NCBI GenBank assembly: GCA_043824255.1
Contig: JBDRTG010000026.1
Span: 1 to 46,064, forward strand
From: a bacterium
GTDB lineage: Bacteria; JAHJDO01
Reading direction: 5' to 3'
Length of the DNA stretch: 46,064 bases
Within the stretch, counting starts at the first letter, position 1; each line of letters begins with the position of its first letter. Below are positions 37,159-46,064 of the stretch, piece by piece. Below the pieces are notes generated by a model, which was not told the DNA's origin, searched no databases, and worked only from the letters and a program-made list of their open reading frames with translations. A program made the position numbers and the translations under genes.

Positions 37159-38233
37159 AATAATCTATCTGTTTTTAAGAGAGGGGCTGTTTAACTCTCT
37201 TTGCTTTTTTTTCTCGAAGCAAAGTAATCTTCCCAAGGCTGACGAAATTAAAAAGATTCTAATTATCCGCATTGATAGAATCGGCGATGTTATTCTTTCC
37301 ACCCCTGCTTTGAAAGCCGTCAGAAAACGGTTTCCTTCCGCTCATATTTCTGTACTCGTTTCGCATGGAACACAGGATTTGCTTCTCACATGCAAATATA
37401 TTGATGAAATTATTTTATTTAAGAATTTGTCAAATATAAGAAAAAGAAGGTTTGATCTTGCTATTGATTTGCATTTGGATTATCCATTGAAAACAGCACT
37501 TATTGCATACTTAAGCGGAGCTAGATATAGATTAGGGTTTAATGTTGCAGGCAAAGGTATCTTTTTCAATATTAAACTACCAGCTCCTAGAGAAGATAAA
37601 TCAATTATAGAGAATACCTTGAATATCGCAAAAATACTCAACGCAAGTATAGAGGAGAAAACTCCTGAAATATCTGTCATACCTGAAGCAGAGGAATATA
37701 TTAGGAACTACTTGATTCAAGAGAATGTCTTAGATAACGATCTATTAGTTGCTATTCATCCGGGTGGGCACTATCTAACACAACAGTGGTTACCTGATCG
37801 CTTTGCAGAACTTGCAAATAGAATAATCAAAAAATACAAAGCAAAGATTATCATTATCGGTGCTTCAAAAGAAAAAGGAATAATCAATCAAATAGAAAAA
37901 AACATATCAGATAGAGCTATTAGCTTAATAAATCAGCCTGTTAGAAATATTGTTGCTGTTATTCAAAGGTGTAATTTGCTGATCTGCAATAATTCGGGAC
38001 CGCTCCATATTGCTACAGCTCTAGGAACTCCAACAGTATCTACAATGGGGCCAACTATTGCCAAAAGATGGTGGCCCTCCGGAGAAAAAAATATCGTCAT
38101 AAGAAAAGATATCCCTTGTATAGGATGTAATTCCGGCTACTGTAGAATAAAAACACACGACTGTATGCGACTAATTACTGTTGATGAGATGTTTCAGGCA
38201 GTAGAAAAACAGATAGGGAAATGGGTAAAATGA
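37151..38233 (+). CDS. GT9 (heptosyltransferase-like) glycosyltransferase
   Basis: DRIGDVILSTP, IHPG..QW..F, NNSGPLHIATALGTP, C..C...HDCM. Confidence 0.88.
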   Translation: MIKIIYLFLREGLFNSLCFFFSKQSNLPKADEIKKILIIRIDRIGDVILSTPALKAVRKRFPSAHISVLVSHGTQDLLLTCKYIDEIILFKNLSNIRKRRFDLAIDLHLDYPLKTALIAYLSGARYRLGFNVAGKGIFFNIKLPAPREDKSIIENTLNIAKILNASIEEKTPEISVIPEAEEYIRNYLIQENVLDNDLLVAIHPGGHYLTQQWLPDRFAELANRIIKKYKAKIIIIGASKEKGIINQIEKNISDRAISLINQPVRNIVAVIQRCNLLICNNSGPLHIATALGTPTVSTMGPTIAKRWWPSGEKNIVIRKDIPCIGCNSGYCRIKTHDCMRLITVDEMFQAVEKQIGKWVK

Positions 38234-39261
38234 GTATTAGCAAAGCCAATATCAAAAAAATCCTTATCATTATGCTTGGCGGTATAGGTAACATGATTAT
38301 GTTAACTCCAGCTCTGAGAGCCGTCCGTGGTGAGTATAAAGACGCCAAAATTTATTTGTTGGTAGGTCCTTACGGAGCGGAAAACGTGGTTAAAGGAAGC
38401 GATTTAGTTGATGAAGTAATTATTTATAATCTGAGAAAAACAAGATTGTTTGATCTAATAGGAAAAATAAAAAGAGAGCACTTTGATTTATCTATCAGCG
38501 CAACCGGAATTAATCCTCTTAAAACTGGTTTAATTATTTTTTTAGGAGGAATAAAGTATCGTCTGGGAGAAGATATCAAGAGACGAGGATGGTTTTACAA
38601 TATAAAAGCTCATTATTTCAACGAAATTCATGAAGTAGACGCAAACATCAAACTTGTTGAACATCTTGGGATAAAAGTTAATAATAAAAGTCTGTATCTT
38701 CATACATCAGAGAAAGATAAAGAATTTGCATCCCAATTTCTATCTGCAAAGAGGGTGGTAAGCAAGAACCCTCTTGTGGCAATTCATCCAGGTTCTGGTG
38801 TTCATCAGGCGGGATTTAAAAGATGGCCGGTTGAGAGATTTGCAGAACTTGCTGACGAAATCATTAAGGAGCACAACGCAAGAATACTTATTTTAGGAGG
38901 AAAAGAGGAGATTGGTTTAGAAGAGAAAATGGTTTCTTTAATGAAAAACGAGCCTATTTTAACTGCAGGACGATTCAGCCTCTCTCGAACTGCCGCCTTA
39001 ATAGAAAACTGTCATCTATTAATAGGAAATGACAGCGGGCTTATGCACATTGCTTGTGCGGTGAGAACGCCAGCTGTTGCCATATTCGGTCCGACAGATT
39101 ATAAGAAAACTGCACCTTATTCAAATTCTGCAGTTATTGTCCGAAAAGACCTGCCTTGCAGCCCTTGTTATAGCAAGGGAAGAGTAAAATGCAAAACCCT
39201 TGAATGTTTCAAAACGATAACCGTAGAAGATATAATGTTAAAAGTTAGAGAAAGGTTTTAA
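38221..39261 (+). CDS. GT9 (heptosyltransferase-like) glycosyltransferase
   Basis: GGIGNMIMLTP, IHPGS..KRWP, NDSGLMHIA, FGPT, CSPC. Confidence 0.88.
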   Translation: MGKMSISKANIKKILIIMLGGIGNMIMLTPALRAVRGEYKDAKIYLLVGPYGAENVVKGSDLVDEVIIYNLRKTRLFDLIGKIKREHFDLSISATGINPLKTGLIIFLGGIKYRLGEDIKRRGWFYNIKAHYFNEIHEVDANIKLVEHLGIKVNNKSLYLHTSEKDKEFASQFLSAKRVVSKNPLVAIHPGSGVHQAGFKRWPVERFAELADEIIKEHNARILILGGKEEIGLEEKMVSLMKNEPILTAGRFSLSRTAALIENCHLLIGNDSGLMHIACAVRTPAVAIFGPTDYKKTAPYSNSAVIVRKDLPCSPCYSKGRVKCKTLECFKTITVEDIMLKVRERF

Positions 39262-39266
39262 ATAAA

Positions 39267-39785
39267 ATGCAAAAAAAATTAAAGCTCAATTTAGGTTCAG
39301 GCGGCAGACCATTAGGTGATTATACCAATGTTGATATAAATCCCAAAGCACCAAAAATAGATTTGGTATGGAATCTCAATGATTATCCTTGGCCTTTTGA
39401 TTCTAACTCCATATACGAGGTTGTTATGCACCAAACATTGGAGCATCTTGACGACCATAACTATGCTATGAAAGAAATCCATCGCATACTAAAAAAAGGA
39501 GGGATTGCCAGGATTTCAGTGCCTCATTTTACTTGGCAATTTGCTTTTCAGGACCCCACTCACAAACATTTTTTTGGTTATAATACATTTTTCTATTACA
39601 CTGGAAGGGGAGGATATTTTGACTTTAGATTCTCTTCTTGTAAAGCACGACTGATCTTTGGGAAACGTCTATCGTTTTGGAATATTATTCTGGAGCCTAT
39701 ATTCAACTTATTTCCAAATGTATATGAACAAAGTCCGCTAAGGATGTTTCCTGCACTTAAAGTTGAGGCTATTTTAGTAAAATGA
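39267..39785 (+). CDS. SAM-dependent methyltransferase domain protein
   Basis: LNLGSG, NVD, WPF, LEHL, EIHRILKKGG, DPTH. Confidence 0.8.
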   Translation: MQKKLKLNLGSGGRPLGDYTNVDINPKAPKIDLVWNLNDYPWPFDSNSIYEVVMHQTLEHLDDHNYAMKEIHRILKKGGIARISVPHFTWQFAFQDPTHKHFFGYNTFFYYTGRGGYFDFRFSSCKARLIFGKRLSFWNIILEPIFNLFPNVYEQSPLRMFPALKVEAILVK

Positions 39786-39839
39786 AATTTTCTTTAGGAA
39801 ATTATAAATAAAACATGATAAAGGTGGTTCTGCGCAAAA

Positions 39840-40952
39840 ATGATTAAAGTTCTCCATATCATCACTCGCATGGACAAAGGCGGTTCTGCGCAGAATACTC
39901 TTCTTACTGTCAGGAAGGTAAACACAAACAAGTTTGAATCAAAACTTGTCTGCGGGTCTGTAAGAGATGTGAAACCTGACGATGATTTTATTATCATTCC
40001 TCAATTATCCAGAGATATCAAGTTTTTCAGGGATTTATCAGCTTTTCTAAAACTATATAAAATTATTAAGCAAACTAAGCCTCATATAGTCCACACACAC
40101 ACATCCAAAGCAGGCATTCTCGGAAGATGGGCAGCCAAGTTTGCGGGAGTTCCGATAGTAATACATACACCTCATGGGAACGTGTTTTCAGGATATTTCG
40201 GTTACTTCATGACCAAACTTTTTGTTATTGCTGAAAGAATCAGCGCACATATCACAGATAGAATTATAACCCTGACACCAAAGGGAATAGATCAGCATTT
40301 ACGGCAAAAAATAGGTAAAAGAAATAAATACATATCTATTTGCAGTGGAGTGGAGGTAGAAAAATTTGCAAACGCGAAGGAGAATAAAGATGTTCTGAAT
40401 ATTGCACAAAATGACATTATAATAGGAGTTGTTGCAAGATTAGTTACTGTTAAAGGACATAGATATCTTTTAGAAGCGATGAAATTAATGGAATCACAGA
40501 GTATAAAACTACTCATAATCGGAGACGGTCCTTTAAGAAGAGAATTGGAAGAGCAAGCTATAGAATCAGGCATAGAAAAAAATGTAGTATTTCTTGGGCA
40601 GAGAAAAGACGTTCCCGAATTATTGAGTGTATTGGATATCTTTGTAATGCCATCGTTGAACGAGGGAATGGGAAGGGCAATTGCAGAAGCAATGGTTGCA
40701 GAAAAACCTGTAATTGCCAGTAAGGTCGGAGGTATTCCTGATGTTGTTGATGATAAAATAACAGGGATTCTGGTTTCTTCAAAAAGTCCCGAAGCGCTTG
40801 CCAATGCTATTACCTATCTCATGAAAAATCCGGAGATTGCAGCTCAAATGGGACAGGAAGGCAAGAAAAAAGCTGTTAAAAATTTTGGGATTAATAGTAT
40901 GATAGAACAAATAGAGAATCTTTATGAAGAACTTGTTAATAGAAAATTGTAA
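39840..40952 (+). CDS. GT4 glycosyltransferase
   Basis: HIITRMDKGGSA, HTHTSKAG, HTPHG, EGMGRAIAEAM..VGG. Confidence 0.9.
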   Translation: MIKVLHIITRMDKGGSAQNTLLTVRKVNTNKFESKLVCGSVRDVKPDDDFIIIPQLSRDIKFFRDLSAFLKLYKIIKQTKPHIVHTHTSKAGILGRWAAKFAGVPIVIHTPHGNVFSGYFGYFMTKLFVIAERISAHITDRIITLTPKGIDQHLRQKIGKRNKYISICSGVEVEKFANAKENKDVLNIAQNDIIIGVVARLVTVKGHRYLLEAMKLMESQSIKLLIIGDGPLRRELEEQAIESGIEKNVVFLGQRKDVPELLSVLDIFVMPSLNEGMGRAIAEAMVAEKPVIASKVGGIPDVVDDKITGILVSSKSPEALANAITYLMKNPEIAAQMGQEGKKKAVKNFGINSMIEQIENLYEELVNRKL

Positions 40953-42417
40953 GATCTCATCTGCGTTATTAGCTTTGCTGTTTGTACTCCTCTCCACGCA
41001 GTTTCTTTATTCTGAAGAGACAAAACAGCTTCGGACAGCTATTCATATACATTCAATAGCAAGTAACGGCAAATATACGATTGCCGAATTAGCCAAAATT
41101 GCCAGAGTTCAGAACTTAGATGCTTTAATTTTAACAGACCATGCGCTTATAAAAGCAGAATACGGTATTTTCCCATTTCGAAATTTTCTAAGACTACCAA
41201 TAACTCTGGGCTGCATTATGAAACATGGTCCGAGCAGGTATTTATATGAGATAGATGAAATAAATAAGAAAAATCAAGATGTTATAGTAATTCCAGGAAG
41301 TGAAGTTACTCCTTTCTACTACTGGACAGGAAATATATTTAAGAAAGATTTAACCATTAATGACTGGCAGAAACAAATTTTAGTAATAGGGTATAAAAAT
41401 AAAAAAGAGATTGAAAATCTTCCTATTGCTTCAAATAATATTTTTTCGCCAGATATCTTGAAATTACTGAATCTCTTCTGGCCGATTGCATTTATTATTA
41501 TTGGAATTAAGATCTACGCTGTAAAAAAGGACAAAGAGTTGAAATTAGAATTTCAGACATTAAGGATAAAGAAACGGCCTTATAAAAAAATAGGGGCAGT
41601 TCTCATCGTCTTTGGAGTTATGTTTTCTTTTAATAACACACTGAGTCTATGGAGAGAATATGACCCTTATCATGGAGATATCGGCATTATCCCCTATCAG
41701 AACCTGATAGACTATGCGAATAAAAATAATCTCTTGTGTTTTTGGTCAGCGCCAGAAGCTAGTTCAAATAAAGCAGTTAAGGGTGTAAGAATAAGAACAA
41801 ATCCTTATCCGAACGACCTCCTGAAGAGCAGTAGCTACACAGGATTCGGGATACTGTATGAGGGGTATAGAAAGGTTGGAGGGATAGGTGGCGTATGGGA
41901 TAAAGCTTTGGCTGAATATTGCAATGACAAGAGAGCAAATCCAGTGTGGGCAATTGGAGAGATTGATTTTCATGGAAATGGATCGGGAAAGCAAATTAAT
42001 TCAGTGCAAACAGTTTTACCTAACTGCAAAAGAAAAAAAGCTGCAATCTTAAGTGCTTTAAAAAACGGAGCGATGTATGCATTATATAGATGCAAAGATT
42101 ATTTTTTAATTCTGGAAGATTTTAGAATCGTAAATGAAGACAATGCATCTTATTCAATGGGGCAAACGGCAGTTACGGAAACACCATTCAATATATTAAT
42201 TAAAGTGATCTGTTCTGACGGGAAGGAAAGAGAAATCACGGTTAATCTAGTAAGGAATGGAGAGTTATTTAAAAAAATTCAGGCAAAAACACCTTTTACG
42301 CGTATAATATCTGACATGCCAGATACAAAAATGTTATATTACAGACTTGATATAAGAGAGAAATACCCGAATATTATAATGTCAAATCCAATCTTTGTTG
42401 CAAAGAAAGGCACATGA
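40924..42417 (+). CDS. Membrane-anchored PHP-domain metallohydrolase
   Basis: AIHIHS, LTDH, PGSEV, GEIDFH; N-terminal hydrophobic segment and two internal TM helices. Confidence 0.65.
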   Translation: MKNLLIENCKISSALLALLFVLLSTQFLYSEETKQLRTAIHIHSIASNGKYTIAELAKIARVQNLDALILTDHALIKAEYGIFPFRNFLRLPITLGCIMKHGPSRYLYEIDEINKKNQDVIVIPGSEVTPFYYWTGNIFKKDLTINDWQKQILVIGYKNKKEIENLPIASNNIFSPDILKLLNLFWPIAFIIIGIKIYAVKKDKELKLEFQTLRIKKRPYKKIGAVLIVFGVMFSFNNTLSLWREYDPYHGDIGIIPYQNLIDYANKNNLLCFWSAPEASSNKAVKGVRIRTNPYPNDLLKSSSYTGFGILYEGYRKVGGIGGVWDKALAEYCNDKRANPVWAIGEIDFHGNGSGKQINSVQTVLPNCKRKKAAILSALKNGAMYALYRCKDYFLILEDFRIVNEDNASYSMGQTAVTETPFNILIKVICSDGKEREITVNLVRNGELFKKIQAKTPFTRIISDMPDTKMLYYRLDIREKYPNIIMSNPIFVAKKGT

Positions 42418-43100
42418 TTTTAAGTATTCACCAGCCTCAATTTATGCCATGGCTTGGTTATTTTGATAAAATTGCCAAATCAGATATTTTTGTAGTGCTT
42501 GATGATACCCAATTTAAAAAAAATGAATGGCAGAATAGAAACAAAATCAGGACGGCTCAGGGGAGCCAATGGCTCACTGTTCCTGTTATGCATGACTTTG
42601 GTCAGCAGATCATGGATGTTAAAATAAACAACACAGTTGATTGGAGAAAAAAACATTATAATTCATTAAAACTTAATTATTCTAAAGCCAAGTATTTTGA
42701 TAAATACTGGGGTTTTTTTGAAAAACTTTATGAAGAGAACTGGGAATATCTAATTGACATCAATATGAAAATAATACATTATTTATTGTCCCAATTTAGC
42801 ATTAATACAAAACTAGTGTATTCTTCCAAGTTGAATGTTGATAAAAAAGCGACAGACAAGCTTATTGAAATATGCAAACAAGTTGGAGCAGATACATATC
42901 TTAGCGGTCAGGGCGGGAAGGTATATTTAAAATTGCAAAAGTTTAAAGATCGCAATATAAGCGTGATATTTCAAGAATTTGTTCATCCCCATTATCTTCA
43001 GGCATATGATGAATTTGAAACCAATATGGCGGCTGTAGATTTATTGTTCAATCATGGAGGTGATGGATTTAAAACACTTACGAAAGGAGACAGTTTATGA
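42414..43100 (+). CDS. WbqC family protein
   Basis: HQPQFMPWLGYFDKI, QNRNKI, WLTVPV, YLSG.GG..Y, DLLFN.G. Confidence 0.9.
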   Translation: MILSIHQPQFMPWLGYFDKIAKSDIFVVLDDTQFKKNEWQNRNKIRTAQGSQWLTVPVMHDFGQQIMDVKINNTVDWRKKHYNSLKLNYSKAKYFDKYWGFFEKLYEENWEYLIDINMKIIHYLLSQFSINTKLVYSSKLNVDKKATDKLIEICKQVGADTYLSGQGGKVYLKLQKFKDRNISVIFQEFVHPHYLQAYDEFETNMAAVDLLFNHGGDGFKTLTKGDSL

Positions 43101-43711
43101 GAATTTTAGCAATGGGCACTCATCCTGACGATATTGAATACGGCTGTGGAGGAACTTTGCTTAAATATTCTAAACAAAAACATGATATTTTTCTGCTGAT
43201 TCTTACAGGAGGAGAAGTAGGAGGAAAACTTCTTGTAAGAAAAAAAGAGCAGGAACTTGCCGCTAAAATGCTGAAGGCCAAAAAAGTATTTTTTGCAGGT
43301 TTTAAAGATACTGCTCTGCCTCCGGAAAGGGAAATTATTACATATATTGATGAAGTAATAGGAAAAGTAAAGCCTGACGAAGTGTATGTTAACCATTCAA
43401 AGGATACTCATCAAGACCATAGAATGCTCGCCAACTGCGCATTAGCGTCAACAAGATACATAAAAAGAGTTCTCTTCTATGAAGATTATACATCCTATGA
43501 TTTTGAGCCAGATATATTTGTTGATATTGGGAACGTTCTATCAAAAAAGGTAGAACTGCTCAGTATACATAAATCTCAAGTAACAAAGGTATATCCTACT
43601 GAGCTTGATATGCTTGAAAGCGTAAGGGCCATAGCAAATTACAGAGGTTTTCAAGGTAAGATTAAATACGCTGAAGGATTTAAAGCATTCCGATATTTAA
43701 AAGATATATGA
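43097..43711 (+). CDS. PIG-L family deacetylase
   Basis: HPDDIEYGCGG, DTHQDH, H.SQ, AEGF. Confidence 0.88.
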   Translation: MRILAMGTHPDDIEYGCGGTLLKYSKQKHDIFLLILTGGEVGGKLLVRKKEQELAAKMLKAKKVFFAGFKDTALPPEREIITYIDEVIGKVKPDEVYVNHSKDTHQDHRMLANCALASTRYIKRVLFYEDYTSYDFEPDIFVDIGNVLSKKVELLSIHKSQVTKVYPTELDMLESVRAIANYRGFQGKIKYAEGFKAFRYLKDI

Positions 43712-44748
43712 TAGCTCATTCAAAACCCACATTAGGTGTCGAAGAAGTTAAAATTCTGGCAGAAACTATTGCCTCCGGTGACATTGCTCAGGGAACATTG
43801 GTTCAGCAATTCGAGAAAAAAACAGCTTCCTTTATTGGTACTAAATATGCAGTTGCCCTAAATTGTGGAACTTCTGCTCTACATCTTGCATTACTGTCTC
43901 TCGGTATAAAGAATAATGATGAAGTAATAATTCCTTCCTTTACATGCACTGCGCTTTTGAATGCGATACATTATACGGGTGCAAAGGCAGTTCTTGCTGA
44001 CATAAACATTGAAGATTACAATATATCCGTAAGTGAGATTAAGAAAAAACTAACCAGAAAAACCAAAGCCATAATTGTTCCTCATATGTTTGGTCATCCC
44101 GTAGATTTAGCTCCTATCTTGAATTTAGGGCCACCTGTAATTGAAGATTGTGCACAGAGCATTGGAGCAACATATAATAACAAAAAAACTGGGAGTTTTG
44201 GACTGTTGTCGATTTTTTCTTTTTATGCAACAAAAATGATGACTACAGGGGAAGGGGGTATGGTTTTAACCAACTCATCCATACTTGCTAAAAAGATAAA
44301 AAACCTGAGAGATTATGATGAAAAATCCAATTATGTTACAAGATATAACTATAAAATGACCGATTTACAGGCCGGGATAGGAATAAAACAGTTATCCAAC
44401 CTGACAAATTTTATAAAAAGAAGACAGCAAATAGCAAAACAATACACTGAAAACCTTTCAGGAAAGGATATAGTCCTTCCCGCAGTAAAAAAGAACTGTA
44501 CACATGTTTTTTACAGATATATTATCAGAATAAGACAGGGAAGCAGAAAATTCATAAAAAACATGCTGAAAAACAATGTTGTCTGCTGCAAACCTGTTTA
44601 TAGACCTATTCACAGGTATCTGGAATTAGGTGGATTCCCGAATTCTGAGAAAGCATGGAAACAAGCCGTTTCAATCCCGATATACCCATCTCTTTCTAAT
44701 GAAAACGTTAAAATCATCTTAAGTAATATATTAAAGTATATAAAGTGA
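43708..44748 (+). CDS. DegT/DnrJ/EryC1/StrS aminotransferase
   Basis: GTSALHLAL, IEDCAQSIG, FSFYATKMMTTGEGG, NYKMTDLQA. Confidence 0.92.
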   Translation: MIAHSKPTLGVEEVKILAETIASGDIAQGTLVQQFEKKTASFIGTKYAVALNCGTSALHLALLSLGIKNNDEVIIPSFTCTALLNAIHYTGAKAVLADINIEDYNISVSEIKKKLTRKTKAIIVPHMFGHPVDLAPILNLGPPVIEDCAQSIGATYNNKKTGSFGLLSIFSFYATKMMTTGEGGMVLTNSSILAKKIKNLRDYDEKSNYVTRYNYKMTDLQAGIGIKQLSNLTNFIKRRQQIAKQYTENLSGKDIVLPAVKKNCTHVFYRYIIRIRQGSRKFIKNMLKNNVVCCKPVYRPIHRYLELGGFPNSEKAWKQAVSIPIYPSLSNENVKIILSNILKYIK

Positions 44749-45863
44749 AATTCCTCAAAAACAAAAGATATCTACTTTTAATTAACAGCGTCTTCCTTGT
44801 TTTGATTTTATATTCTAAAAACTACCTGACAGCACTAAAACTATCATGGTTTTTTATCTTGGTTACTGCTCTATTAATCTCATACCTTATTACTCCGCTT
44901 GTGAGGATTATAGCAACTAAAATGGGCGCTATGGATATTCCAGATGAAAGGAAGATTCATAAAAACCCTGTTCCGCGGCTTGGTGGACTTGCGATATATA
45001 CAGCACTGATAATATCAATAACGCTTAATTTCCATTTCTCACTGGCACTCAAGGGAGTTGTTATTGGGGGCAGCATCATTTTTATAATGGGAGTGATAGA
45101 TGATATTAAAGGGCTCAAGGCTTCAATAAGGCTGATAGGACAGCTTATAGCAGTCATGATTCTAATAAAATATGGAGTCATTTTAAACACATTTCCACAT
45201 ACAAATATGGGTCATATAGGAAATATATTGCTTACAATATTCTGGATTATTGGAATAATAAATGCACTGAATTTTCTTGACGGTATGGACGGGCTTGCGG
45301 CAGGAATTACAGTGATAAGCTCTTTTATGTTCTTTATAATCGCATTAAGCACAGGTCAGTATTATTTAAGCTATCTGGCTATTGCTTTAATAGGCGCATG
45401 CACGGGTTTTTTATTTTATAATTTTAAGCCTGCAAGTATTTTTTTGGGAGATTCAGGCAGTACATTACTTGGGTTTTTACTGGCAAGTTTTGCGGTAATG
45501 GGTTGGTGGGCTGAAAAGAACATACTGGTTGCGCTTGGAATTCCAGTACTTATATTAAGCGTTTTAATCTTTGATATGATTTATATTACGGTATCCAGGA
45601 TAGCATCAGGTAAAGTAAAAAATTTTAGAGAATGGATTGAATATACTGGTCAGGATCACCTGCACCATAGATTGTCAAATCTGGGTCTTTCTGAAAAGCA
45701 GACAGTCTTGATGATATATTTAATAAGCTTCATTCTTGGAATAACTACGCTAGTTTTAAGAAATGCTAATAAGCTCAATGCCTGCTTGCTACTTCTGCAA
45801 GCTGTATTAATATTTGCGCTAATAGCAATACTTATGAAGTTAGGCAAGAAGAAAGCTTCATAA
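44745..45863 (+). CDS. wecA: Undecaprenyl-phosphate GlcNAc-1-P transferase (WecA/TagO, MraY family)
   Basis: RKIH..PVPRLGG, GVIDD, NFLDGMDGLA, PASIFLGDSGS, HLHHRL. Confidence 0.85.
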   Translation: MKFLKNKRYLLLINSVFLVLILYSKNYLTALKLSWFFILVTALLISYLITPLVRIIATKMGAMDIPDERKIHKNPVPRLGGLAIYTALIISITLNFHFSLALKGVVIGGSIIFIMGVIDDIKGLKASIRLIGQLIAVMILIKYGVILNTFPHTNMGHIGNILLTIFWIIGIINALNFLDGMDGLAAGITVISSFMFFIIALSTGQYYLSYLAIALIGACTGFLFYNFKPASIFLGDSGSTLLGFLLASFAVMGWWAEKNILVALGIPVLILSVLIFDMIYITVSRIASGKVKNFREWIEYTGQDHLHHRLSNLGLSEKQTVLMIYLISFILGITTLVLRNANKLNACLLLLQAVLIFALIAILMKLGKKKAS

Positions 45864-45925
45864 CATTCTGCTGTAACACCGAAATGATAGCGCCCTATTT
45901 GGTAAATTTAACGCAAATTACCTAG

Positions 45926-46064
45926 TGTAATACCAAAATGATAATGTCCTAATTAGCCAAAATAGAAATGTCCGCTTTTAAGGAAGCTATAATACCCGAT
46001 TTGAGAGGAGGGTATTATGGCAGAAAGGGACATAATCATGGCGAGTCAAAGGGAATTAAAGCGT
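45926..46064 (+). mobile_element. Left end of the same insertion sequence, with transposase start at 46017 (partial)
   Basis: Identical to the reverse complement of 3-141; TGT terminus; ATG GCA GAA AGG GAC... runs off the window end. Confidence 0.85.

Noticed and set aside
1571..45847. Numerous 60-170 aa antisense or nested ORFs in the track
   Set aside because: They are shadows of well-supported genes and have no recognisable motifs.
45896..45925. dif/Xer-like site beside the IS end (ATTTAACGCAA resembles a XerD arm; GGTAAATTT..AAATTACC palindrome)
   Set aside because: There is no convincing XerC arm, and nothing similar flanks the other IS copy.
1..46064. 46 kb composite transposon or linear replicon with terminal inverted repeats
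   Set aside because: The cargo includes essential chromosomal genes, only inner IS ends are visible and no target duplication can be seen. An assembly break at a repeat is simpler.
1..46064. CRISPR array, tRNA or rRNA genes, prophage
   Set aside because: I saw no regularly spaced repeats, cloverleaf/rRNA signatures or phage genes, and intergenic spaces are short.

Overview
46 kb of low-GC chromosome from a diderm, probably anaerobic bacterium. The ffh-rpsP-trmD-rplS-rnhB order without rimM suggests a PVC-superphylum-like lineage (inference). Both window ends are the same ~140 bp left end of an IS (TGT terminus, transposase start MAERDIIMASQRELKR) in inverted orientation, so this is probably a contig broken at a multicopy IS. 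The left ~20 kb is housekeeping. It holds an NrdR-boxed nrdR-nrdD-thioredoxin-like operon, dCMP deaminase, lptD, an rnhB-yraN fusion, ribosomal/SRP genes, rpe, a GC-rich inserted RlmD/TrmA-family gene, fmt, a stand-alone GMP-synthase ATPPase subunit, rmuC, rpsT, lptE and bamD. The right ~25 kb is a surface-polysaccharide locus (ExeA-type ATPase, HD-GYP, Wza/Wzc/Wzy/Wzx, GT4/GT9 transferases, WbqC, PIG-L, DegT, WecA). Embedded in it is the most interesting feature, an unusual RiPP cluster. It encodes a lasso-type B2 leader peptidase, a nucleotidyltransferase, a stand-alone PqqD/RRE, a radical SAM-SPASM enzyme, an HPr-kinase-like kinase and an ABC exporter, but no lasso cyclase. It also has a 54-aa precursor ORF missing from the ORF track (24764-24928), with a lasso-type leader and a Cys-rich core that contains no Asp/Glu.
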